Source of the DNA: Gemmatimonadota bacterium
Lineage (GTDB): Bacteria; Gemmatimonadota; Gemmatimonadetes; Longimicrobiales; Gaopeijiaceae
Length of the DNA: 36,688 bases
Assembly: GCA_039589315.1 (NCBI GenBank)
Contig: JBDHHQ010000062.1
Span: 1 to 36,688, forward strand
Direction: 5' to 3'
Shown here piece by piece: positions 1-9,677 of this stretch. A program made the position numbers and the translations under genes. The notes beneath the pieces were generated by a model. The model was given only the letters and a program-made list of their open reading frames with translations. It had not been told where the DNA came from and made no database searches. How positions within the stretch are numbered: position 1 is the stretch's first letter; each line of letters opens with the position of its first letter.

Positions 1-227
1 CCTCAGTCCCAGAAACGAAGTCCAGTACCAGACGTAATGCCCCGCCACGAACGCGGCGGCGGCCAGTGCGCTTTCTCTGAGGAACACGACGGTGTGTGGT
101 CGCATGGGCCCAACTTAGGGAGCACAGTTGTGCGCGCGCACGTTTGGAGCCTGCCCCTGACTGGGGGGTAGCGAGGCCCCCTTGCTATGGCGTCCTGTGC
201 GACGTGGAGTCGGCGCGGGGGGGAGGG

Positions 228-490
228 CGCCGGGCGGCAGATCGGCCCGACCCTCGCACCGGAGCCACCAGACGCGCATGATGTGCCGTGAGCATGGCTT
301 TGCGGGATCACGGGGGCTCGGAGACACCCATGCGTCCCCGATACCGGCCCGATATGACCGGGCGATCCTGAGTGCCTCTACAGCCGCCGGGGTTACCGGT
401 GGTACGTGCTGCGAATCGCTCTTGTCGGGGTCCTTGGCCCAGCGGATCAGCCCGTTGTCCAGATCCACGTCTGACCATCGGAGCATCCGC
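228..490 (-). pseudogene. Tyrosine recombinase/phage integrase catalytic-domain fragment
   Basis: Within ORF 115..849(-), the stretch LRWSDVDLDNGLIRWAKDPDKSDSQHVPPVTPAAVEALR...DAWVSPSPRDPAKPCSRHIMRVWW matches the integrase region after box I. No HxLR box II or catalytic Tyr follows, and there is no N-terminal domain. Confidence 0.75.
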
Positions 491-708
491 CGCGATCGTA
501 GGCAGGCATCTCGCGCCTTATGCATGGCCGGAGGCGGATCGCGAGGCAACGCTTGCCCCGTTTCTTTCGAACCACCGTCGCACCAGGGCAAAGGTAGCCC
601 TCCAACTCGTTTGCCATCAGCATCTTCGAGTACAAACCTCCGGACCTGGCACGTCTGCTGCACTGAAGAACGTGGGCCCTTCCCGTGTACGTCCGGCCTG
701 GAGGACGG

Positions 709-1203
709 ATGCATCTCTGGCTGTGGGGAACCGCGCCGCTTCTCACGTGGTTGCTTGCGGGACTCCTTTTCGTCTTGGTTTTCAGACGACTGGGTCTCGA
801 ATACCAGGTCCGACTTAGCCGGCCCGTGGTCTCCAGACCGTCCGGTCAACCACTGGCGCGACTAACCTGGCTTGAGCGAGGGGCAGCAGCGCTCTTCCTT
901 GGAGGACCGTTGGTCCTTTGGCTCGTTACAAGCGTCTTGCCGTCGGTGGGAGAGGCGAGCCCTAGCATTCGGAGCGTCGAGGCAGCTGGGATGCAGCGTC
1001 TGGCGCACGAGAAGATTCGGGAATTCGCTTCCGGGACGATGCTCTGGGAGGAAGGCTGGGACACGATCGAAGGACATCCGGTCTCCTGGTCGTTCGATTC
1101 GGTCGTGAAGGGCCGAGTGATCGTGGTAGTAGAGCCACGTCAAGGATCACGCTCGGCCCTCAAGAATGTGACCATGACGACTCTACGGCCGCCCGAGTCC
1201 TGA
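709..1203 (+). CDS. Hypothetical membrane protein (two hydrophobic segments)
   Basis: GGAGG at 700-704 precedes ATG 709. Two TM-like stretches are followed by a soluble tail. Confidence 0.55.
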   Translation: MHLWLWGTAPLLTWLLAGLLFVLVFRRLGLEYQVRLSRPVVSRPSGQPLARLTWLERGAAALFLGGPLVLWLVTSVLPSVGEASPSIRSVEAAGMQRLAHEKIREFASGTMLWEEGWDTIEGHPVSWSFDSVVKGRVIVVVEPRQGSRSALKNVTMTTLRPPES

Positions 1204-1304
1204 TTCCCTGACGACTATGGCGACACGGCTTCGTCCGGTGTCGGGACGTGGCCGGATCGAGGAATGGATGCGCTGGATTGCGCAAAGGTCGCAGGGCCGT
1301 TGCC

Positions 1305-1460
1305 TCAGGAACCCGTCCCTGGGCAGGCGTCACAGGGACAGATCGCACGCAGGTGGTCGCATGGACAGATCCCCGTGTCGTGCCCGTCGCTCCAAACGAA
1401 CTGAAGCGCGTAGCGTCCCACGCGGTGGATCGCTGTCGGATAGACACCCTCAGGCACCAT
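1305..1460 (-). pseudogene. DUF971 / GBBH-like N-terminal domain fragment (C-terminal half only), in frame with an upstream TPR-like segment
   Basis: VYPTAIHRVGRYALQFVWSDGHDTGICPCDHLRAICPCDAC matches the DUF971 pattern VGxYA..WSDGHxTGIY..LR.LCPC. The first half of the domain is absent. It lies in ORF 1305..2135. Confidence 0.7.
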
Positions 1461-1950
1461 CTCAGCTTCCTGGAATCGCTCCACCGCTAGCGCCGCCTGA
1501 GCATGCATCGATTGAACCGCCGCGTTCTCTGGCAAGCTGTCCCTGGCCTCCCCGGCTAGCCGGCATGCCGCCTGTGCGTCGCCCCGATAGAACTCCAGCA
1601 GCGGTGGGAACTTGGCGGGTCTCCATCCTTCCAAACGGAACAACACCTCGTAGATGAGTGAATCGGCCGTCTCGGGGGGCGGTGCCGGTAGCGTATCGGG
1701 GTTGAGCAGGAAGTCCTCGAGGGAAAGTCGGGCGCGAGCCCGCTCGCCCTGCGCATTAAGGTCCGAAAGAGAGCCGGACGGACGGGACTGTCCCCGTGGG
1801 CTTGGCCCATTCTTTGCAGAGGGGAGCCAGGCGTTATGGATAGCCCACTTCCGCCGAGGGTGCAGAACGTGGAGACGAAGAAGTACACGAAGCCAGAAGT
1901 GCGTTTCTTGGGATCGGTCGCTAGTCACGGGCGCACCGTCGCAGGGGACA

Positions 1951-2145
1951 ATGGAGCGGATCGACCAACGGCTTCGTGCGGGGCTGAAGCGCGTCGTGTG
2001 GCACGCGTCCGCCGCGCTGTCGGGAATGGAAGAGGACAACCGATCTGCCGAACGGCACGGGCTACGGAAGCCCCACGAGCCGGACGACCTCGAAGCGATG
2101 TGTGACGCCCTACAGTTGCTGGCCCGGCTGATCACTTCAGGGTAG
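1951..2145 (+). CDS. Small hypothetical protein (64 aa, helical)
   Basis: AGGGGA precedes ATG 1951, and the sequence MERIDQRLRAG...DALQLLARLITSG has protein-like composition. Confidence 0.4.
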   Translation: MERIDQRLRAGLKRVVWHASAALSGMEEDNRSAERHGLRKPHEPDDLEAMCDALQLLARLITSG

Positions 2146-2502
2146 GAACGCGCGCCTTCCCTGGGAGCACCGCCGACGGCGAGGCAATCTGTTCAGGCAC
2201 TCAACTGTTCTTCGTCGGCGAAAAACCCCAGGAGCGCCCCCGCACCGCGGCAGGCGACGCTGGTGGAGACGAATCTGGCCGACGCCCTCGGTCACGCTGT
2301 GCAGGTGGCGCAGGAACTCCGGGAGGTCGTCTTGCTACAGTGTAGGCAGGCCGGCGCTCCGGTTCTCGGAATCACGGGGTCGTAGCGATCGGCCAAGGCG
2401 AGGTCCGCCTCGAGGAGCGTCGCTGGTGGTAAGCGAAAAGCACGGAACGTCGGCCGGGTCTGTTCTCAACCACCCGACAATGCCGACCCACCCGGGCCTG
2501 GA

Positions 2503-2712
2503 TCAGTCGATGGTACACTCCTCTATGATTACCCAACTGCAGAAGTAGCCCTCCTGCTTGATCGCCTCCAACAGCTCGTCCACCTCGGCAGCGCCCTCCA
2601 CGGCTATCTCGTCGATGTTTTGTCCGATGTAGTCCTCACCCTCCTCGGCCAAGCTGACGCGGAGCGTCTCCTCAGCCTGCCTCGACGTTGGCGACCTTCG
2701 TGGTGTCGCCAT
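2503..2712 (-). pseudogene. Possible 3' fragment of an acidic hypothetical protein
   Basis: The tail EETLRVSLAEEGEDYIGQNIDEIAVEGAAEVDELLEAIKQEGYFCSWVIIEECTID is protein-like, but there is no convincing start. Confidence 0.3.
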
Positions 2713-2819
2713 TGCGGTAGAAGATGCGGCGCCCGTGTGGGGAGAGGCTCTTCCTTGCGTGCGGCCCGTGACCGGAGAGATGTTTGGCCGGGGCCTCCTC
2801 TGGAGTGGCCTCACCCAGA

Positions 2820-3098
2820 ATGGGAACTTCGACATTGGGCGCATTCGAGTTCGTCATCACGCTGGTCCTCATCATCACCGGGGGCATCGTATTGATAAGC
2901 CGTCGTCCCCCCCGTCGGGAGCTTGAGGGAGGTGCGTCGGGGGATGAGGACCTCGAACGTATTCGCGGAACTGTCGATGAGTTGAGCGGGCGCCTTGAGC
3001 GCCTTGAAAAGGAGCGAGATTTCTACAGGGACCTGCTGGATGCGCCCGGAGGGCATCGCAAGATCTCGCCACCCGAAAGGGAAGAGCCACGGGACTAG
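2820..3098 (+). CDS. Small single-TM coiled-coil protein
   Basis: An N-terminal TM (FVITLVLIITGGIVLI) is followed by a heptad segment, LERIRGTVDELSGRLERLEKERDFYRDLL. Confidence 0.7.
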   Translation: MGTSTLGAFEFVITLVLIITGGIVLISRRPPRRELEGGASGDEDLERIRGTVDELSGRLERLEKERDFYRDLLDAPGGHRKISPPEREEPRD

Positions 3099-3399
3099 GA
3101 GGCTGGCGGGCCATCCCGGTTACCCGGCCTTCGCGCGTTCGGGTCAGGCTGCAATCGGCCACCCCCATCCGACAGGCGACCACCCCGGGAGATGGCGCAG
3201 CCCAGGTAGGTAGCGCAGGTCACGCGAGCTGATGCCGGCCACGGCCATGCCCTGGGCCGCGAAGGCTTGTCGGACCCGTCCGTCTTCTTCGGCAGTCAGG
3301 TGGGCGAGCAGCCTGACGAGTCAGTTCGGCGCGACCCGACCCAGTCGGTCGCCCGCGGGTTGGTCTCCCAACAGGCGAGCCCTAACTAAGGAGGCGACG

Positions 3400-3990
3400 G
3401 TGGAAATCGGATATCCAGCGCTGAGGTTCTTCCACATCATGGCCTTCGTATTCATGTCCGTGCCGCTCTTCAATCTGATCGTTGTGAACGAACGGGCGGT
3501 GTTGGGCGGCTCATTCAGTTATGACGCCGACACGTACATGGAGAACATCATCCGCCGCGGCGCTCAGCGGTGCTTCGTCTTCCAGTGGACGGTGCTCCTG
3601 ACCGGTATCGGAATCCTGTTCACCGGACCGCTCGGCCTTGGCGCCCTGTGGGGCAATTGGGTACTGCTCGTCAAGACCCTGCTGGTCATCGCGCTAATGG
3701 GTCTGCTCTCGTTCGTCCATTTCCGCCTCCAGCCGGCCATCGACGGGATCCTCGCCGAGGCTACGCCGGACGCGTCGATCCCGGACGACCTTCCGGCTCG
3801 TCTCAAGCCCCATCGCGTGCTTCGAAAGCGGCTTGCGACAGTGTGTCTCTTCCTCGTGATCGTCGCGATCATTCTCGGCATGCAGGTCTACGTACGATTC
3901 GCTTTGGGCCTGAACGTCGGTCTCATAGCACTGGCGGCGGTGTTTGCAGCGCGCGCCAACCGGACGCTGGTGCGATTCGGCTGGCTCTGA
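3400..3990 (+). CDS. Integral membrane protein (about 5 TM), function unknown
   Basis: AAGGAGG precedes GTG 3400. There are multiple hydrophobic helices and an N-terminal His (FFHIMA), loosely resembling DUF2269/CopD-like membrane proteins. Confidence 0.8.
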   Translation: MEIGYPALRFFHIMAFVFMSVPLFNLIVVNERAVLGGSFSYDADTYMENIIRRGAQRCFVFQWTVLLTGIGILFTGPLGLGALWGNWVLLVKTLLVIALMGLLSFVHFRLQPAIDGILAEATPDASIPDDLPARLKPHRVLRKRLATVCLFLVIVAIILGMQVYVRFALGLNVGLIALAAVFAARANRTLVRFGWL

Positions 3991-4377
3991 GGGAGCCTGG
4001 TGGGTGCTCGCCCGCGTGCCGTTCGCCTAGGCTCGGACAAGCTGCCCAGCAAGCGGTTGGCTACTGGCGCAGTGACCGGGAACCGGCTCAGGAGGTTGGT
4101 CCCAATACGCCAACCGGCATGGATCTGTTTCTGGGCTGTTCGACCGCCAAACCCTGTATGCCAGCCCCAGCACGAACTGACTCACGGATCTCACACATGG
4201 GTGTGCGAAGGGGCCTACGACGGTAGGACTCCCTGCTTCCATAGCAGGCGGCCTTACCGTGAGGGTCAGATTGTTCTGTGCTCGACCGTTGGCGTGCGGG
4301 GAGTGAGGTATGGATGGACGCGTGACCCCTCGCTCACCGCTGAGGCGATCCGTCACTGCGGAGAGCCCCGGCTCGGT

Positions 4378-6117
4378 TCAGTCGATCCTCGAAAGGCCCA
4401 GCCCGACCCAGCGCGCAACAGCCTGAAAGCGCGGATCAGAGCGGATCGGATCGAACGTCGGTCCCCCGATCCCGAGCGTCACCGCGAACTGTCCCTCGGC
4501 GAAGGCCCTCTCGACAGCTCTTACCGCCTCTTCGTAGTCCCCCAAGTGGATGTACGTCGGCGCGATCGCGAAGGGGGGAAGGACAGCCTCCAGATCGAGT
4601 CCGGGTGGCGCCGGCTGTGGCTCGCCGGTCTCCGCGAAGGACCTCGCTCCGTCGGCCAGGGAAGCGATGAGGGCCGGGTCGTTGTCCGTCAGCTCCGCCC
4701 ATTTCACGAAGGCGTCACGCGCTTCGTCGAACTCTCCCAGCACAAGGGCGGTGTTGGCGAACACCATCGTCGTGGTGGGGAACTCGGGATTGAGCTCGAG
4801 GGCTCGCCGGTATTGACGGGCCGCCCCTTCGAGGTCTCCCGCCAGCGACAAGTTGTATCCTACATCCTGGTTGATGATGCTGGAGAGCGGATCGAGCTCG
4901 TAGGCCTTGCGGATCTCTGCCTGCCCTTCGTCGAACCGCCCGACACGGCTGAGCATGTTGGCGTACCAGTGATGCCCGGTCGCATACTCGGGGCTCAGCT
5001 CCGTCGCCCGACGAAACTCCTCCTCCGCGCCCTCCCAGTCGTATCGCATCTCCTTGATCAGGCCGAGGCTCGCGTGGACTCCGCCGAGGGACGGATCGAA
5101 TTGGAGAGCCTGCCGAGCATTGGCCTCACCCCGCTCGAGCATGGCCTCCGAATCACCCTTCAGGTACCACGGCTGGGCTGCGTAGGCCTCCGCCAGACCC
5201 GCGTAGGGCAGGGCGAAAGTCGAGTCGACCTCGATGGCGTCGCGGAAGTGCTCGATCGTCTCCGCCAGCGATTCGGGCGTGCGCCTACGCCATGCCGCCA
5301 AGCCCAGCAGATAGGATTGATAAGCTTCCAGGCTCTCAGTCGGGCGCCGCTCCATTCGGGTGCGGTCCCTCGGGGTGAGCTCGAGCTCGAGCGCGCCCGT
5401 GATCTGCTCGGCAAGGTCGATCTGAATGTCGAAGAGGCTGGCGACCGTGAGCTCGCTCTCGTAGGACTCCGCCCACACGGGCCCCTGAGTCTTCGCGTCG
5501 ATCAGTTGGACGGTAACCCGGACTCGGTCCTCCAGCATCCGCGCGCTTCCCTCGAGAACGAACGTGGTCCCCAGCTGCCTCCCGATCTCGGTGACCCCGG
5601 TCTGCCCATCGGCGAATCGCATGACGGACGTACGTGCGATGACGACGAGAGACGAGATCTTGGCGAGGCGGGTGATGATCTCTTCGTGAATCCCGTCCGC
5701 GAAGTAGGCGTCGGAAGGGTCGGGACTGATGTTCTTGAGTGGGAGCACCGCGATGGCGGGCCGATTTCGGTCGAGGGTGAACGGTGGGGCGCTCGACGGC
5801 GGCTCTCCCGCGTCCGACGGCCCGGGCCGAACGCTGAATACGCCCGCTCCCGCGATCACGGCGAGGCCTGCAAGTAGCACGACCTCCCACATCGTCGGGC
5901 GTTGCCGACCTTGCTCACCGTGGTACCACGCCAACACCAACGCGGCAACGAACCCACCGGCGAGCACGATCTGCAGCGCCCTTAGCACGAAGGGTGACCA
6001 CCCCCACGGCTCGGCAATGTCCGCGGCGACCTGAGCGACCACCCAGGCACTGGCCAAGTAGGCCAACGCCCACTGGATCAGCTTGCGCTCCTTCAGTCTG
6101 TGGAGGAACGACGCCAC
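4378..6117 (-). CDS. Membrane-anchored TolB-like N-terminal domain + TPR protein (adenylate-cyclase-associated type, no cyclase domain)
   Basis: 3-TM header (LKERKLIQWALAY...AWYHGE), IAVLPLKNIS...YFADGIHEEII, EGSAR...VRVTVQLIDA, TPR repeats, and C-terminal DPIRSDPRF. Confidence 0.9.
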   Translation of the reverse strand: MASFLHRLKERKLIQWALAYLASAWVVAQVAADIAEPWGWSPFVLRALQIVLAGGFVAALVLAWYHGEQGRQRPTMWEVVLLAGLAVIAGAGVFSVRPGPSDAGEPPSSAPPFTLDRNRPAIAVLPLKNISPDPSDAYFADGIHEEIITRLAKISSLVVIARTSVMRFADGQTGVTEIGRQLGTTFVLEGSARMLEDRVRVTVQLIDAKTQGPVWAESYESELTVASLFDIQIDLAEQITGALELELTPRDRTRMERRPTESLEAYQSYLLGLAAWRRRTPESLAETIEHFRDAIEVDSTFALPYAGLAEAYAAQPWYLKGDSEAMLERGEANARQALQFDPSLGGVHASLGLIKEMRYDWEGAEEEFRRATELSPEYATGHHWYANMLSRVGRFDEGQAEIRKAYELDPLSSIINQDVGYNLSLAGDLEGAARQYRRALELNPEFPTTTMVFANTALVLGEFDEARDAFVKWAELTDNDPALIASLADGARSFAETGEPQPAPPGLDLEAVLPPFAIAPTYIHLGDYEEAVRAVERAFAEGQFAVTLGIGGPTFDPIRSDPRFQAVARWVGLGLSRID

Positions 6118-6240
6118 GCGAACACCCTCGGGCGACAGGAAGCGACGGCTTCATGCAGCGGCACGCTGGAGGATCTTCGGGCCACGTCAGTGGGTGGTTC
6201 GTCTCGCTGGGGCGGGAAAAGCCCGTCCGCGTGCCTCAAC

Positions 6241-6270
6241 AAGATGCTCGACGTGGGGAGCCCGCCGCAA
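6241..6270 (-). promoter_or_regulatory. Putative sigma70-type promoter TTGCGG-N18-CATCTT
   Basis: The same geometry (TTG..-18 nt-..CTT) recurs upstream of six genes in the window. Confidence 0.5.
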
Positions 6271-6489
6271 CGGAGGCTTCACCACGACGCTCGTGGCAAG
6301 GGATTTCCGGCGGTCTTGGCCAGGATTCTGAGTGGACACAAGAGGAGCCGGAACGTGCCCACGCAACACGATCCGCAGTCGGGGACGGGGCGTGACCCGG
6401 GGACGCCAACGCCCTTCCAGTAGCGTTGCGTCGGGCGGAGGCGTCAGATTGAGAACGCAGTCCAGGCCGAACCGCTAGGAGGGGGAACG

Positions 6490-8139
6490 ATGGAGACGTC
6501 CCGCATCTCCACGTGGGCAGCATTGACCGGCGCGCTGGTGAGCGCCGGCTGCGCCCAGAGCTACGACATCGTCATCCGAGACGGCACTGTAATCGACGGG
6601 ACCGGGGCGGTCGCTCGCCCAGCCGACGTGGCGATCCAGGGAGACCGAATCGTAGGAATCGGTGACGTACCTGGTACCGCCGCCATGGAGATCGACGCGA
6701 CCGGCCTCATCGTCGCTCCCGGTTTCATTGACATGCACAGCCACTCGGACCGCGGCCGCCCGCTCGACGGGCTCGGTCCGTCATTCAGCCTCCAGGGCAT
6801 CACCACGGAGATCTATGGCGAGACCTCCTCGATGGGGCCACTCGGCGGCCTGCGCGAGGACATGCCGACGGGCTCCGCGGGAAACTGGCAGACGTTGGGC
6901 GAGTTCCTGACTTGGCTCGAGCCCAACGGCGTCGCGGCGAACTTCGGCTCCTACGTCGGATCGGGCGGCGTCCGCGCCGTGGTGATGGGATACGAGGACC
7001 GGTCGCCGACCGACGCCGAGCTCGACGACATGAAACGCCTCGTGCGTGAGGCGATGGCACAGGGCGCCCTGGGCGTCTCGAGTGGCATGAGTTACGTGCC
7101 CAACATCTACATGTCGACCGAGGAGCTGACGGCGCTCGTGGCCGAGGCGAGTGCGGCCGGCGGACTGTACGCGACACACGCCCGCACGATGAACGGCACG
7201 GACCCGAGCGCCATCACGGAGGCGATCGAGGTCGCCGATGGCGCCGGGACTCGACTCCATTTCTTCCACCTGAACTCCACGTCGTCGACCGAGGCGGACA
7301 CCTTCCTCGGCATCATCCGCGAAGCGCGAAGTCGAGGCATACCGATCACGGGCGACAGCTACACGTACACCTGGGGGATCACCGGCCTGGCATCGTACAT
7401 CCCGGCGTGGGCGCAGGAAGGAGGCCGCGAGGCCATGCTCGAGCGGCTGCGGGACCCAGACCAGCGCCGCCGGATCGCGGCAGGATTCGTCACCGAGCCA
7501 CCCTATCTGGCCAATGTCGGTTGGCACCACATCCGCTTCGGAGTCGACGACCCCGAGGTCAACGGGAAGCTGGTTTCGGAGGTCGCGGAGCTGCGCGGTC
7601 AGGCTCCGGAGGAAGTGTTCATGGACGTGGTCCTGGAGCGAGGGGGCGAGGGTATCGTCATCGACTGGAACAACGAGGAAGAGACCCTCCGGCAAACCCT
7701 CGCCGAGCCCTACGTGACGGGTGGCACCGACGGTGGCGCGATCAACCTGGAGGGCGAGAACCTGCCTCCGCTCGTTCATCCCAGACATCTTGGCACGTTT
7801 CCGCGCTTCCTGGGGACCTACGTTCGGGACGAGGGGCTGCTGTCCTGGGAAGAAGCCATCCACAAGATCACGGGCCTCGCCGCTGAGGTGTTGGCCCTCG
7901 AGGACCGCGGCACGCTCGAAGTGGGAAACTTCGCGGACGTTGTCGTCTTCGACCCCGACGAGATTCGCGGCGTGGCCACGTTCGAAGACCCGTTCCATTA
8001 CGCCGAGGGAATCCGGTTCGTGTTCGTGAACGGGAAGGCGGTCGTGGCTGACGGCGTGGTGACCGGCGCACTGCCAGGGCGCGCCCTGAGGGGGCCCGGA
8101 TACCGGCCGGAGGGCGGGACGGCGGGGGGGCCTTCATGA
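6490..8139 (+). CDS. N-acyl-D-amino-acid deacylase (D-aminoacylase) family amidohydrolase, predicted lipoprotein
   Basis: Lipobox LVSAGC, plus YDIVIRDGTVIDGTG, APGFIDMHSH, HPRHLGTFPRFLG, DRGTLEVGNFADVVVFDP and G..PGRALRGP. RBS GGAGG. Confidence 0.9.
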   Translation: METSRISTWAALTGALVSAGCAQSYDIVIRDGTVIDGTGAVARPADVAIQGDRIVGIGDVPGTAAMEIDATGLIVAPGFIDMHSHSDRGRPLDGLGPSFSLQGITTEIYGETSSMGPLGGLREDMPTGSAGNWQTLGEFLTWLEPNGVAANFGSYVGSGGVRAVVMGYEDRSPTDAELDDMKRLVREAMAQGALGVSSGMSYVPNIYMSTEELTALVAEASAAGGLYATHARTMNGTDPSAITEAIEVADGAGTRLHFFHLNSTSSTEADTFLGIIREARSRGIPITGDSYTYTWGITGLASYIPAWAQEGGREAMLERLRDPDQRRRIAAGFVTEPPYLANVGWHHIRFGVDDPEVNGKLVSEVAELRGQAPEEVFMDVVLERGGEGIVIDWNNEEETLRQTLAEPYVTGGTDGGAINLEGENLPPLVHPRHLGTFPRFLGTYVRDEGLLSWEEAIHKITGLAAEVLALEDRGTLEVGNFADVVVFDPDEIRGVATFEDPFHYAEGIRFVFVNGKAVVADGVVTGALPGRALRGPGYRPEGGTAGGPS

Positions 8140-8170
8140 CACGTTCAGAGCGGACGACTGGGAGGCAGGC

Positions 8171-9652
8171 TTGACCACGGCGACCGATACGAACCTGGAG
8201 AACGCGGTCAAGCAGTGCCGCGAGCTCGGGATCGTCGTGCCGACTTTCGCTCAGATGCGCGAACCCACGGCTGACGCGTCTCGCCTCGATCGGCTCACCC
8301 GGACCGGACTGTCCGATCCGGACCCGATAAACCTGTTCCGCATCACCTGGAAGAACGAGCCGGTCGAGTGGGGAGGGCGCTACAACAACGGCAACTGGAT
8401 CGAGTTTCCGCCCGAGCTCACCGGCGTGCCGGCGCGAATCGTGGGCCTCGTCGGACGCCACTTTCCGACGGGTAGCCACAAGGTGGGTGCCGCCTTCGGT
8501 TGTCTGGTGCCGCGCCTGATCACGGGCCGATTCGACCCCACGAGGCACAAGGCGGTTTGGCCCAGCACGGGCAACTTCTGCCGCGGAGGCGTCTTCGTAG
8601 GCTCCCTCCTGGGCTGCCGGTCGGTAGCCGTGTTGCCCGAAGAGATGTCGGCCGAGCGATTCCGCTGGCTCGAGGCCGCCGGGGCTCAGATTGTCACCAC
8701 GCCAGGCGGCGAATCCAACGTCAAGGAGATCTACGACGAGGTGCGGACGATTCGTGACACGAGGCCTGACTGCGTGATCTTCAATCAGTTCGAGGAGTTC
8801 GGAAACGCGGCCTGGCACTACCACGTGACGGGTCCCGCGGTCGAGGAGATCTTCGGGCGGATCACCGGACCTCTGGACAGGCTGGCGGGATTCGTGGCGG
8901 CGTCGGGCAGCGCCGGTACGCTGGCGGCCGGGGACTATCTACGGGCCCGCCATCCGTCGCTCAAGGTGACCGTGGCTGAAGCGCTGCAATGCCCGACGCT
9001 TCTACGGTGTGGCTTCGGCGAGCACCGGATCGAGGGCATCGGCGACAAGCACGTGCCGTGGATCCACAACGTCCGCAACACGGACGTCGTGGTGGCGGTG
9101 GACGATGAGCGATGCCTCGCGCTCATGCGGTTCTTTGCTGAGCACGCCGGCCGTGAGCTCTTGGTTGCCGAGGGCGTCGGCCGGGAAGTGGTCGAGCGGC
9201 TGGATCTCCTTGGTATCTCCTCAATCTGCAACCTCGTAGCCGCCATCAAGGTGGCACGTTACTTCGAGATGGACGCCCGCGATCTGCTGTTCGTTCCGCT
9301 CACCGATTCCATGGAGCTCTACGGCTCCCGCATCGACGAGGCTCGTCGCATGGGAGACCCATACGGTGGGGCCCGGGCGGCAGCAGACTTCGCGCGGCAC
9401 CTTCAGGGAATCGCCACCGACAACATGCGGGAGCTGGGCTACCACGACCGCAAGGCGATTCACCACCTCAAGTATTTCACTTGGGTCGAGCAGCAGGGAA
9501 AGACCGCGAACGAGCTGGCGCGGCTATGGGATCCGGACTTCTGGACGGAGACCTTCGGTCGAGTGGCCGAGTGGGACAGCCAGATCGCTGAGTTCAACCG
9601 ACACGTCGCCAGCAGGCGTTACCGTCACGACGACAAGACCGAGCAGCACTGA
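8171..9652 (+). CDS. PLP-dependent enzyme, fold type II (cysteine synthase/tryptophan synthase beta superfamily)
   Basis: PTGSHKV (PLP Lys), PSTGNF, SGSAGT phosphate loop and HRIEGIGD. GGGAGG precedes the TTG start. It begins 31 nt after the deacylase. Confidence 0.9.
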   Translation: MTTATDTNLENAVKQCRELGIVVPTFAQMREPTADASRLDRLTRTGLSDPDPINLFRITWKNEPVEWGGRYNNGNWIEFPPELTGVPARIVGLVGRHFPTGSHKVGAAFGCLVPRLITGRFDPTRHKAVWPSTGNFCRGGVFVGSLLGCRSVAVLPEEMSAERFRWLEAAGAQIVTTPGGESNVKEIYDEVRTIRDTRPDCVIFNQFEEFGNAAWHYHVTGPAVEEIFGRITGPLDRLAGFVAASGSAGTLAAGDYLRARHPSLKVTVAEALQCPTLLRCGFGEHRIEGIGDKHVPWIHNVRNTDVVVAVDDERCLALMRFFAEHAGRELLVAEGVGREVVERLDLLGISSICNLVAAIKVARYFEMDARDLLFVPLTDSMELYGSRIDEARRMGDPYGGARAAADFARHLQGIATDNMRELGYHDRKAIHHLKYFTWVEQQGKTANELARLWDPDFWTETFGRVAEWDSQIAEFNRHVASRRYRHDDKTEQH

Positions 9653-9677
9653 AGGGCCGGTGTCACCTCGCCAGCCT

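Noticed and set aside
4000..5877. 625-aa + strand ORF
   Set aside because: Antisense shadow of the TPR gene. It is Arg/Gly-rich with no motifs, as is typical of high-GC coding DNA.
6230..6270. CLNKMLDVGSP resembling an IS5 transposase C-terminus
   Set aside because: Too short, with no inverted repeat. The same bases fit the recurring promoter.
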